A stretch of 64,000 nt of DNA, from IMG/VR virus record IMGVR_UViG_3300028591_000099, positions 1 to 64,000 of that record. One strand, written 5' to 3'. Within the stretch, counting starts at the first letter, position 1, and each line of letters begins with the position of its first letter. Shown one piece after another: positions 9,935 through 18,691 of the stretch. The notes beneath the pieces were generated by a model that was not told the origin of the DNA, ran no database searches, and saw only the letters and a program-made list of their open reading frames with translations. The translations under genes and the position numbers were made by a program. The stretch is from a virus (Duplodnaviria; Caudoviricetes).

Positions 9935-9952
9935 TTGTGAAAGTTCTCACAT
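9935..9952. promoter_or_regulatory. Rex-like operator
   Basis: TTGTGAAAGTTCTCACAT, 2 mismatches. Confidence 0.5.
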
Positions 9953-9978
9953 TAGCAAGCAGTTTGTGAAAAAAGCCC

Positions 9979-10356
9979 CTAGGCTTTAGGGGCTCTGTGC
10001 TTGGTCAGTTTCACAGTGTAAGAATTTTCACCAACCTTGAAACTGATTTCTGCTTCATTCTTGACAGAGATTTCATACTCTGCAAGTGCGTTCTGCAATT
10101 TTTCAATGAGCATTTTCTTTTCCTCATCTACTTTACGCTCACGCTTTACATTACGTTTTTCAGCAGGTTTTCTATCGGCTTTTGTGAGATTGCGGACAAG
10201 TGCTTTCTGCTCTTTAGTTAAAGCACCAAGTTCCTTGTCGCCATTTTCAATAGCCAAGTCCCAATCTACGCTTTCCTTTGCTTCTTCATAGGTGCAACGT
10301 AAGACTTTCATTTGACGCTTGATTTCGGCTTCATACTGTGCTTGAGTGAGTTTCAT
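9979..10356 (-). CDS. hypothetical protein, family B
   Basis: paralogue of 6214..6582; GAGGTG RBS. Confidence 0.8.
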   Translation of the reverse strand: MKLTQAQYEAEIKRQMKVLRCTYEEAKESVDWDLAIENGDKELGALTKEQKALVRNLTKADRKPAEKRNVKRERKVDEEKKMLIEKLQNALAEYEISVKNEAEISFKVGENSYTVKLTKHRAPKA

Positions 10357-10430
10357 TTTCAACACCTCTCTTTCTTCTCTTATATTCTAGCAGATAGAGG
10401 GGGCTTTGTCAACCCCCTCTTTGAGGTTTT

Positions 10431-10778
10431 TTAGATTTTGGTGAACCAAGCAACACCCTTGACCATTTCTCTTGAAACTCTGATTTCTTTTCTGAGTTTG
10501 GTTACAAGAGCCGTTACTTTCTGAGAGTTTGCGTCTGCTAACTCATCCACAAGGCCTTTGATATCTGCGATTCTGTAAGCGACACCTTCTTCCATTGCGT
10601 CATAGATTTTATCTGTGAGTTCATGGTTGGCTACCTGCTTAGCAGTGGGCTTGTTAGAGCGTGAAGCGTTCTTCTTTTCAGTGAGAGCAATCTGCTTGTT
10701 GATGAATTCGATTTCTTCTTCATCTGTTAAGTGAGAGAGAATCTGCAGATACATGTCGATTTTAGTGCGTTTTTCCAT
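10431..10778 (-). CDS. putative winged-helix DNA-binding protein, family A
   Basis: last 51 aa identical to 6699..7049. Confidence 0.85.
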   Translation of the reverse strand: MEKRTKIDMYLQILSHLTDEEEIEFINKQIALTEKKNASRSNKPTAKQVANHELTDKIYDAMEEGVAYRIADIKGLVDELADANSQKVTALVTKLRKEIRVSREMVKGVAWFTKI

Positions 10779-11185
10779 AGTGATTACCACCTTACCTTTC
10801 TTACATTATTAGTATAAGCGATTTTAGAGATTTTGTCAAGCACTTTTTGAACTTTTTTTGAAGTTTTTTTTTGAGGGCTTGCGGTCTCTCCTCATCCCTT
10901 ACACTTATTATTATAATGATTTCTTAATAGAAGTCAATACCCAATTTTAAGGTTGGCGTAATTTTAGGACAACCTAATCAAAGTATAAAAAAATGCGATT
11001 TTGCTCTTGACAACTGGGGGTCGGATGTGGTATAATTTTCGGCCCGCCCTCGGTTGTTAGGGAGACCTAACAGAGCGTGCGCCCGGGGCTAAGCCGGTCG
11101 GTTTCAGCAAAAATCGCACACAATGAAAAATTATCTATTGACTTTTGGACTAAAGAGAGTATAATAATAATTGTAAGAGAGGTAA

Positions 11186-11899
11186 ATGAAAATGAACTTA
11201 ATGACTATTGATACAGAAACAACAAACTCACTTGATGACCCAATCGTCTATGATTTGGGTCTGGCAATTCATGATGAAAATGGTAATGTATTCCATACTG
11301 AAAGCCTTGTAATCGCAGAAACATTCCTCAATGAAGAATTGATGAGCGTGGCTCTGTTCGCAGATAAAATCCCAACCTATTGGAAAGACATTAAAGAGGG
11401 CAAAAGAAAGTTAGTTAAACTCTCTACTGCTAAAAGAATTGTTAAAAATCTGATTAAGCGGTATGGTATTAAAACAGTAATAGCACACAATGCGTTCTTT
11501 GATTACAAATCATTAAATACTACATTACGCTATTATTCAGGTTCAAAATACAGATACTTCTTGCCTTGGGGCGTAGAGATTTGGGATAGTCTGCGAATGG
11601 CAAAAACTGTTTTGCTGAAAGATGAAAAGTATGTGAATTGGACGATTGAAAATAACTACTTGACAGAAAAGCGGAAAAGTCCAAAGTTGACCGCAGAGGT
11701 CATCTATCGCTACATTACGAATGATGAAAGTTTCATTGAAGAGCACACAGGTTTGGCTGATGTGATGATTGAGAAAGAAATCACAAAGTATCTCTTGGCT
11801 CGCAGAGACCCCAACATGAAACGCATGCTATTTAATAAGTCCAAAAGTGAAGATACAGAGGACTTGATAGCATGGTATCTAAACTCACTCGCAGAGTGA
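11186..11899 (+). CDS. DEDDh 3'-5' exonuclease (paralogue of 7367..8038); ends at TGA
   Basis: IDTET, AHNAFFD, HTGLAD motifs; own promoter; TGA lies inside a terminator hairpin. Confidence 0.85.
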   Translation: MKMNLMTIDTETTNSLDDPIVYDLGLAIHDENGNVFHTESLVIAETFLNEELMSVALFADKIPTYWKDIKEGKRKLVKLSTAKRIVKNLIKRYGIKTVIAHNAFFDYKSLNTTLRYYSGSKYRYFLPWGVEIWDSLRMAKTVLLKDEKYVNWTIENNYLTEKRKSPKLTAEVIYRYITNDESFIEEHTGLADVMIEKEITKYLLARRDPNMKRMLFNKSKSEDTEDLIAWYLNSLAE

Positions 11900-12112
11900 G
11901 TTTTTTACACAAAAGGTGGCCCGGATTTTTGGGCAAACGCACAAAAGCAAAATAATTGCGAAAATTGCTTGACAAAATGCGGGGGATGTGCTATACGTAA
12001 AACTCGCACCGAGCGGCCCGGGCTCGGCGCGACGAAAAGTCAATAAAAAAGCCAATGGGCAAGAGAGGTAAGGGGACCCATTGACTAGGAATTGGTTATT
12101 TAGGGGTAGAAA

Positions 12113-12242
12113 GGGGGTGAGTGGGAGTCGAACCCTAATTCACTTATTCAACGTCTAGACATACGCAAGTAATCCGCGGTTCCTTGAATAGAGGTCTAGG
12201 TTGGAAGTCACTACAGCCACTTCGTGTTAGAAACTTCACCCC
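12113..12242 (-). ncRNA. tRNA/tmRNA-like structured RNA (about 130 nt)
   Basis: GGGGTGA/TCACCCC acceptor-like stem, GGG-TTCGACT-CCC T-arm, internal CAACCTAGAC/GTCTAGACGTTG stem. Confidence 0.55.
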
Positions 12243-12278
12243 ATTTTTTAGAGGGGGAGAGGGTCTCCCCCAAGAGGG

Positions 12279-12608
12279 CTAGGCAATTCGCCAAGTTGCC
12301 TTGACCTTGCCCTTACCTTCAGTCTTTACGAGACCCTCGCCATAGTGCGTGAGCAGAGCAGAGACTTTCTGATTGCTGAGGTCGAACGCTTCCTCAATGT
12401 CCTTGCAAGTGACAACACCCTTTTCAGCGATGAAGTCCTTAATCTTTGCCATCAGTTCAGCATTGGCAACCTGAACCTTTGTGGGCGTGGTTCTCTTATA
12501 GGACTTCTTATGTCCTAACAGTTCGATTTCATGGTTGCAGAAGTCAACGATTTCAGCGTCATTGGAGCAAACAGTAGCGATGCGAGCGAACATTTCTTTC
12601 TTTGTCAT
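12279..12608 (-). CDS. putative winged-helix DNA-binding protein, family A
   Basis: PTKVQVAN, SNQKVSALL motifs. Confidence 0.8.
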   Translation of the reverse strand: MTKKEMFARIATVCSNDAEIVDFCNHEIELLGHKKSYKRTTPTKVQVANAELMAKIKDFIAEKGVVTCKDIEEAFDLSNQKVSALLTHYGEGLVKTEGKGKVKATWRIA

Positions 12609-13014
12609 AGATTTAACACCTCTTTCTTTCTTTACATTTTTAGTATACCATGACTTGGTGGGTTTGTCAACCCTTTTTTGAGAGATTTTCACATTTACTT
12701 CTTCTTTGAAGTTTCAGCGTAGGCAACCTCTCTCGCCTTACATCTTCATTATAGCACTTTTTGATTTTTTGTCAAGCACTTTTTGAAGATTTTTTGTAGA
12801 TTTTTGATGAGCCTCTATGCAACACTTTTCAGTTTGCAGGTCTGTCGCCTCTCGGCTATCTCCGACTCGCTCTTGAGGCTCATCTCTCTCCCTACACTTA
12901 TTATTATACTCATTTAAGAAGTAATGTCAAGGGTTCTTTTTTAATTTTCTTTAAGTTTTTTTATTCACAAGCGGCCGCCCGGGGCAATTTACCCGGGGCA
13001 GAAAAAAGACTGCC

Positions 13015-13257
13015 TTAGCAGTCCCAATCATACCCTCCCATGTAAGGATTGTAGCCTACTTCAGACCCCCAATAATCATCATCAAACTCGAGGTCTTCAT
13101 CAGGCTGTTCCGAAGGAAGCAGTTCCCAATCCATTCGAGAATTTTTGCGAAGGTAGCCACCATAGGCTTCAAACTCATCGTGGGCAATTTCCCAAAAGAG
13201 TTCGACATTGTTTAGAGTGAAGATTTCGCCTGTAATGTTGTTTGTGAATGTATACAT
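13015..13257 (-). CDS. small acidic protein
   Basis: own promoter and RBS; C-terminal GYNPYMGGYDWDC. Confidence 0.75.
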   Translation of the reverse strand: MYTFTNNITGEIFTLNNVELFWEIAHDEFEAYGGYLRKNSRMDWELLPSEQPDEDLEFDDDYWGSEVGYNPYMGGYDWDC

Positions 13258-13343
13258 TTTACTTACCTCTCTTTACATTGTTAGTATAACATAGTAGGGG
13301 TGTCTTGTCAATAGTGATTTGAAAAAAATAAGCCATTTTTGGC

Positions 13344-13583
13344 TTATTTTCTATTTTTGTAAGAGGGGATTTCAATTAACCAATTATCTAATTTTTTGCT
13401 AATGTGAATAATGGCCTCATCTGTGTAAGTAGTTACATCTTTACAATTATAGATTTCATCTTGAGACATTGTTTCAAACTTCTCTTCGGGAACTAACAAA
13501 CAAGGGCACAAAAGCACAATTTCGCCTTTTTCAACATCAAAATCGACACCATTTGCTTCAAGAACTTTAATTAACTCATCCAT
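13344..13583 (-). CDS. hypothetical protein
   Basis: GAGGT RBS before ATG 13583; own promoter. Confidence 0.7.
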   Translation of the reverse strand: MDELIKVLEANGVDFDVEKGEIVLLCPCLLVPEEKFETMSQDEIYNCKDVTTYTDEAIIHISKKLDNWLIEIPSYKNRK

Positions 13584-13730
13584 TTTTTTAATACCTCTTT
13601 TCTTCATTATTATTATAAAATACTTTTTCAAAAAAGTCAATAGAAAATTGAAAAGTGTTTGCGGCCGGCCGGTCAACCGCCCGGGAGGGTCTAGGTAAAA
13701 CCGGTCTCAAAATCGCCCGGGCGCAAGCAC

Positions 13731-14144
13731 TCAACCCCACAAAGCAATAGGGTCAAGTGCAAGTCCATTCCAATTTTCTCTTATCTTTTGGTTGTCATCT
13801 ACGAGGATAGCATTTTTTGAGTTTTTCAAGTTTTTATTATTCCCATACTTTCTGTAAATTCGTTTTGAAATTGAAGGGAAATAAGCATCAAGCCAAGCGT
13901 TTTTCATTTTAATTACTCGCTTGCAGTATTCCGCACTCGCATTTTTCGGTGTCATTGATAGAACGATAATTTCATAGTGGTCTTTTGGAAAAACCGATTT
14001 CAATACTTCTTCAGTAGTCAGTCTTTCATCTCCACCGAACACTGTTTCATCTTCACTCTCCAGTCTTGCGAGCCAGTTTTTCTTACCATACAAGTTGAAG
14101 ATAGTTCCGTCCATGTCAAGATAAACTCTAGTCTTTTTCATCAT
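13731..14144 (-). CDS. HAD-family 5'(3')-deoxyribonucleotidase-like protein; ends at TGA
   Basis: YLDMDGT and ILVDD motifs. Confidence 0.8.
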   Translation of the reverse strand: MMKKTRVYLDMDGTIFNLYGKKNWLARLESEDETVFGGDERLTTEEVLKSVFPKDHYEIIVLSMTPKNASAEYCKRVIKMKNAWLDAYFPSISKRIYRKYGNNKNLKNSKNAILVDDNQKIRENWNGLALDPIALWG

Positions 14145-14278
14145 TCTTACCTCTCTTTACAATACTATTATATCACATCGGGGGACGGTGTCAATACCTA
14201 AATTAAAAAGTTGTATCAAAAGTTGCCCCGGGCGTATCCATTAGAGAATAAAAGCAAAAAAGAAGAAGCAGAGAGGTT

Positions 14279-14755
14279 TTACTTCTTCTTTTGGTAATGC
14301 CGTATGGAACAATTAAATCTTTGATTCCATTTTCTCATTTTGGAAGGAAACGCTTTATAATAAGCAATCGCCCATTCAGTAGCCATACTTTCACGTATTG
14401 TATCAAAATACGCAATTTGTAATTCATCTTCAGTATACTTCCTATCACGTTTTGCCAAGAGTTCGCTTACAATGTCTCGCTCTTGCTCTTCTTTTGGAAG
14501 ATATTCAAGTGTATAATGATGACCTAATTCATGCAGTATTGACATTGTGAATAGGTTGGTTTTATTAACGATAAAGTTATATTTATTTTTAAGGTATTGC
14601 TCCCAAATCGCATCTTCTTTTGGTTGCGGTGCTAGGGTATATCCGATAATACCTTCATCGTAGTAGTAGAACCCATCGAGCTCATATTGAACCTCGCAGT
14701 CTCCCTCTATGAATTTCGATATTAGTTTTGAAAGTTGGTTATATCGTCTTGCCAT
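14279..14755 (-). CDS. HExxH zinc metallopeptidase-like protein
   Basis: ILHELGHH plus downstream E..A..WA. Confidence 0.7.
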   Translation of the reverse strand: MARRYNQLSKLISKFIEGDCEVQYELDGFYYYDEGIIGYTLAPQPKEDAIWEQYLKNKYNFIVNKTNLFTMSILHELGHHYTLEYLPKEEQERDIVSELLAKRDRKYTEDELQIAYFDTIRESMATEWAIAYYKAFPSKMRKWNQRFNCSIRHYQKKK

Positions 14756-14835
14756 ATCTTACCTCACATTCTTATTATACCTCGCTTAAGGGAGGAAGTC
14801 AAGGGGCACTTTTGGAGAAGTGCCCCAGGGAGGGC

Positions 14836-15294
14836 TCAAGCGGCACGGAGAGTGAGCCTTGCATTGCGGAGAGTTCTCTCAGTTGTGATTGTCGCACCCT
14901 CGAACTTGACTTGGACTTCCTTGCCGTTGATATTGACATCACCTTGGACATAGAAGGGGATATTGTCGGCTTCCCAGTGCTGACCTGCGACCTGCTCGGT
15001 GACATATCTTTCGAAAGCGTGACCCTTGTTTTTAGCGAGGGCGTAGATTTCTGTATCTGTGCCGATATAGGTAGCACCCTTGCGGATTAACTGCTCTTTA
15101 TAGAGATTGTTGAGGCGGAGGCGGAGGGTTAATGCCCCACCGTGGGAGGTTGACTCTTTTTCAACGGTCATATAGCGTGGCATAATGTGCGGGAGTTCGA
15201 CCATATAGATACCGTGCTTGTAGACAAAGCCCATAATAGTGCTATCGGAAGCGTCCATGGTGCGGTAGTTTTTAATCATCGTGTTCTTGTTCAT
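14836..15294 (-). CDS. hypothetical protein, family F, possible PD-(D/E)XK fold; ends at TGA
   Basis: G..FE...GDV.....QVK; paralogue of 21021..21458. Confidence 0.7.
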   Translation of the reverse strand: MNKNTMIKNYRTMDASDSTIMGFVYKHGIYMVELPHIMPRYMTVEKESTSHGGALTLRLRLNNLYKEQLIRKGATYIGTDTEIYALAKNKGHAFERYVTEQVAGQHWEADNIPFYVQGDVNINGKEVQVKFEGATITTERTLRNARLTLRAA

Positions 15295-15682
15295 CTTGTA
15301 TACCTCTCTAACTGTCTTTATTATAAAGGATACACCGGAAAATGTCAAGCGTTTTCAAAAATTTTTTTATGAAAGTGTTTACATTTTTTTTGAAACAATT
15401 TTCATAATTTTTTGAAAAAATTTTCTGAAAAAATGTTTTTGGGATTTTCAAAAAATGTAAAAAATTTTCACAAAAAAAGTGCTTGACATGCGGCCGGCGA
15501 TGTGCTATAATTTTCGGGCCCTAAACGGCCTCGTAATAGCGTGCTATAGGTCCTCTAGGTCCACAGTTCCGGGCGTGCCGCGACCGTATGACACGCCCGG
15601 CTCTGTGTGTAAAAAATGTCCACGGGTCCGGGTGTGCCAAGTTCGGCTCGCCGCAACCCTTGGCGAGCCGACAAAAAAAACC

Positions 15683-15844
15683 TTACCGCATCCAGTAAGG
15701 TCTATAGTCGGTGATATCTTCAAATTCATTCCGCTCTTCTGCGGAGAATGTCCGTCTGAACCAACGTTCGCAAGCATCGTAGCTATCAGCGGAGTATTCA
15801 ACGATTTCACCAGTGTTTTTGTTTAACCAAGTCATTGTTGTCAT
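15683..15844 (-). CDS. small protein (53 aa, MTTMTWLNKNTGE...)
   Basis: promoter and AGAGAGGT RBS; not in ORF track. Confidence 0.7.
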   Translation of the reverse strand: MTTMTWLNKNTGEIVEYSADSYDACERWFRRTFSAEERNEFEDITDYRPYWMR

Positions 15845-16080
15845 TTTTTAATACCTCTCTTTACACTCTTATTATAACATAGTCCGGGCTAATGTCAATA
15901 GGTTTTCAAGATTTTTTTCGATTTTTTTTCTACCAGATAATCGAGAACTTGCGGAGTCCGCTTATTTTTTAGCTGAGTTGTTACCTTGCGGTACTCAGTG
16001 GGAGTGCGGTTTTCATTCCCTCCCCCTTACATCTTTATTATAGCACATTCGCTATTTTTGTCAATACTTTTTTTTTATTT

Positions 16081-16245
16081 TTAGTAGTCAAGTTTTTTAT
16101 ACTTGGCTTTGCGTGGGATTTCTTTTTTCTTGTCTTTGTGAAGTCCACAGCCAGTCATTCTCCAGCTTTCCGCAATCCACAAGTTGCGGACGTGCGATTT
16201 TTCGGGATGGTTGTAAACTCTAACGCCGTTTTTATCTTTCTTCAT
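16081..16245 (-). CDS. small basic protein (54 aa, ...HKDKKKEIPRKAKYKKLDY)
   Basis: promoter and AGAGAGGT RBS; not in ORF track. Confidence 0.7.
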   Translation of the reverse strand: MKKDKNGVRVYNHPEKSHVRNLWIAESWRMTGCGLHKDKKKEIPRKAKYKKLDY

Positions 16246-16320
16246 TTTTTAATACCTCTCTCTATCTGCTTTTATTCTACTCTATTTAAGTTTAGTTGTC
16301 AAGCATTTGGAGAGATTTTT

Positions 16321-16443
16321 TTAATCTCTCCAATTAGTGACAGTGAGTAATTTTCCGAACTCTTTTTCGTGAAAGCGAATTTCAGAGCGGGATAATTTGC
16401 GAGCGAGCACCTCGCCACGTTCGAATCTATAGAGTTTCATCAT
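16321..16443 (-). CDS. small protein (40 aa)
   Basis: GGAGGT RBS before ATG 16443. Confidence 0.65.
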   Translation of the reverse strand: MMKLYRFERGEVLARKLSRSEIRFHEKEFGKLLTVTNWRD

Positions 16444-16516
16444 AGGTTTTATACCTCCCTTAACTGTCTTAATTATAGCAGATGACAAGACAAAACGCAA
16501 TACCCCGGAAGTCACT

Positions 16517-16554
16517 TTGTGTGTTCGCACAATACAGTTTGTGCGTTTGTCCAA
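16517..16554. promoter_or_regulatory. tandem TTGTG-N6-CACAA sites with 22-bp period; also at 17451, 18372, 18763
   Basis: four pairs, each 14-16 bp upstream of a minus-strand -35. Confidence 0.65.
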
Positions 16555-16564
16555 TACGGGATTT

Positions 16565-16628
16565 TTGTGATTTTATTCACAATTGCGACTTGTGAAAAAA
16601 TAATTTGTGAATGTGATAATTTTCACAA
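16565..16628. promoter_or_regulatory. cluster of Rex-like operators
   Basis: TTGTGATTTTATTCACAA (16565-16582), ATGTGATAATTTTCACAA (16611-16628). Confidence 0.6.
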
Positions 16629-16653
16629 GCGAAAATCGTCAACGGAGAAGATT

Positions 16654-16776
16654 TTAACCTTCTCCATAGACTAGCCATCTGCCATCTTCTAACTGTTTCA
16701 TTCTGCGGCCGCATCCACGGTTTAAGCATTTTCTCGCTTTAGTGTAATCTGTGAAGTATCTTTTGAACATTTTCAT
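16654..16776 (-). CDS. small basic protein (40 aa)
   Basis: GAGGAGG RBS; not in ORF track. Confidence 0.6.
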   Translation of the reverse strand: MKMFKRYFTDYTKARKCLNRGCGRRMKQLEDGRWLVYGEG

Positions 16777-16843
16777 TATCTGTTCCTCCTCATCTATAGT
16801 ATAACGCATTGACCGGAAAAACACAAGAGTTTTTTATCGCTTT

Positions 16844-17137
16844 TCAGCAATAAATTAAACTCATGTCCGACCATTTCAAAATTGAAATCTGCTTGCAGTT
16901 TCTGCCGATTCTTAACGCTTCTTTTTTTGTGCGTTCTCTGTGGCTCTTGTCGATGTAGTAGACGCCGTCCGCAAACCACACGCCGCAATTTCCATTGTAA
17001 GCCTTTACTAACTCTTCTGCCTTTTGGAGCGATTTAGTTTCATAGCCTTCTGTGGCGACTTGGTAACCTGTTTTATAGTTTACTGATTTGAAGTTTTTAA
17101 GCGTTAAGCCTTCGTTGTTTTTTAAGTTTTCTAACAT
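16844..17137 (-). CDS. hypothetical protein; ends at TGA
   Basis: own promoter and RBS. Confidence 0.75.
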   Translation of the reverse strand: MLENLKNNEGLTLKNFKSVNYKTGYQVATEGYETKSLQKAEELVKAYNGNCGVWFADGVYYIDKSHRERTKKEALRIGRNCKQISILKWSDMSLIYC

Positions 17138-17210
17138 TTTCCTTACCCTCTTTATACTATTATAATAGCATGCCCGGGCGGTTTTGTCAATACCCTAAAA
17201 CAAAAAAGTT

Positions 17211-17378
17211 TTAGAATTTTTCTAAAACTTTAATGTTTGCGATTTCTAATGCACCAACCGCAATCAGCAGAGGGAAGGCGGAAAGTTCAAAATCGTGAAG
17301 AGATAACAAGCAGATACCAAGAGCAAAGGTGATAATTTCTAATGCTTTTCTAATGGAAGGGCGGAGTTTACGTTTCAT
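17211..17378 (-). CDS. small membrane protein (55 aa)
   Basis: AGAGAGGT RBS; basic N-terminus and two hydrophobic stretches. Confidence 0.65.
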   Translation of the reverse strand: MKRKLRPSIRKALEIITFALGICLLSLHDFELSAFPLLIAVGALEIANIKVLEKF

Positions 17379-17626
17379 AATTTTTTAATACCTCTCTTTA
17401 CATTATTATAATAACATTATTTATTATTTTTGTCAATAGTTTTCCCCGGTTTGTATGGTCGCACAATACATTTTAGGCAATCGCACAAATTGTAAAAAAT
17501 AGCAAAAAATCTCTTGACAAATGTGCGGCCGGTGGTGTATAATTTTTCGAACCGCCTTCGGAGTTTGTGAATATTTTAATTTTCACAAGCATGCCCGGCC
17601 GCAATAAAAAAAAAGAGCCTTTCGGC

Positions 17627-17932
17627 TCAAGCGAGGTTGTATCCTAACTTTTGGTGATTTCTCGCAAGTTCTAACACCTTTTCCAATCCTTTTAAGTTTC
17701 TTCCAAAGTATCTCTTAATTTGATTTGGTCTTGCGATTAATTTTGTTATCATCTTGTGGGTTCTTTCGTTTCTAATGATGATGATACCTGTATCGGTTAC
17801 TGTATGAAGTTCCGCACCATTCGGATGATTTCTATCGATTGTGAATGTAGCGATCTCGTTTCCCATTCCGATTTTTTTGATTAAGTCTTCTCTGTTGGCT
17901 CTGTCTTCTCTGTAGTGCTTACTCGTTGTCAT
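17627..17932 (-). CDS. hypothetical protein; ends at TGA
   Basis: TGA abuts the GAGCC-GAAA-GGCTC-T8 terminator. Confidence 0.75.
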   Translation of the reverse strand: MTTSKHYREDRANREDLIKKIGMGNEIATFTIDRNHPNGAELHTVTDTGIIIIRNERTHKMITKLIARPNQIKRYFGRNLKGLEKVLELARNHQKLGYNLA

Positions 17933-18095
17933 TTTCTTTACCTCTCTCTTTACACCTTTATTATAACAGATTGAGATTTAATGTCAATAGTTTTAGGAGA
18001 TTTTTTTACTAAAAATTTTTTTTGTAATTTTCCTCTTGACATCTTGGTCGATAGTATGCTATAATTTTTCGAACCGCCTACGGCATTAAAAAAGC

Positions 18096-18299
18096 CTACT
18101 CAGTAGGCAACAAATGTTTGACGGATTCATCAGCGAACAGAATATTTTTAAGACCAACCTCTTTCAAAAATTCTGCAAACTCTTCAAGGTCTTCTTCATT
18201 CTCAAATTCATCTTCAAAGAAATCAGAGACGAACGGAACAAGGACAACCTCTCCATCAATAACAACTTCATCAGGCAAATTAAGTTTGAACAGCAACAT
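18096..18299 (-). CDS. small acidic protein
   Basis: GAGAGGTG RBS, own promoter. Confidence 0.7.
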   Translation of the reverse strand: MLLFKLNLPDEVVIDGEVVLVPFVSDFFEDEFENEEDLEEFAEFLKEVGLKNILFADESVKHLLPTE

Positions 18300-18535
18300 T
18301 TTTTAACACCTCTCTCTTTCTGTCTTTATTATAGCAGATACAACACCGGAACGCAAGGGGTAAAATACATTTTGTGCGAACGCACAGCGAGTTTTGGGTG
18401 ATTACACAAATCGTAATTTTTTGCAAAAAATCTCTTGACAATAGCAGGCTATTACGTGTATAATTTTCGGCCGCAATCGGCGTCCTTTTTGACTTGTGAA
18501 TGTGATAATTTTCACAATCTCTCTCGTAAAAAAAC

Positions 18536-18691
18536 TCAAGCCGTAGCCAGAGTTTTTTTGATTTCAGCGATTTCTCTATCGAGGTGGTTATCTTCTTCCC
18601 AATCGGAATTGAACCAGAAGTCTTTCATCGCAAGCATGAATTTTTCGTTTTCGAGTGTTTCAAGTTTTTTAAGCATTTCAGTTCTTGTCAT
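18536..18691 (-). CDS. small protein (51 aa); ends at TGA
   Basis: AGAGAGGT RBS; TGA lies within a terminator-like hairpin; not in ORF track. Confidence 0.7.
   Translation of the reverse strand: MTRTEMLKKLETLENEKFMLAMKDFWFNSDWEEDNHLDREIAEIKKTLATA

Noticed and set aside
12113-12242. Canonical tRNA or UGA suppressor tRNA
   Set aside because: Too long, no recognisable D or anticodon arm, T-stem only 3 bp; kept only as tRNA-like.
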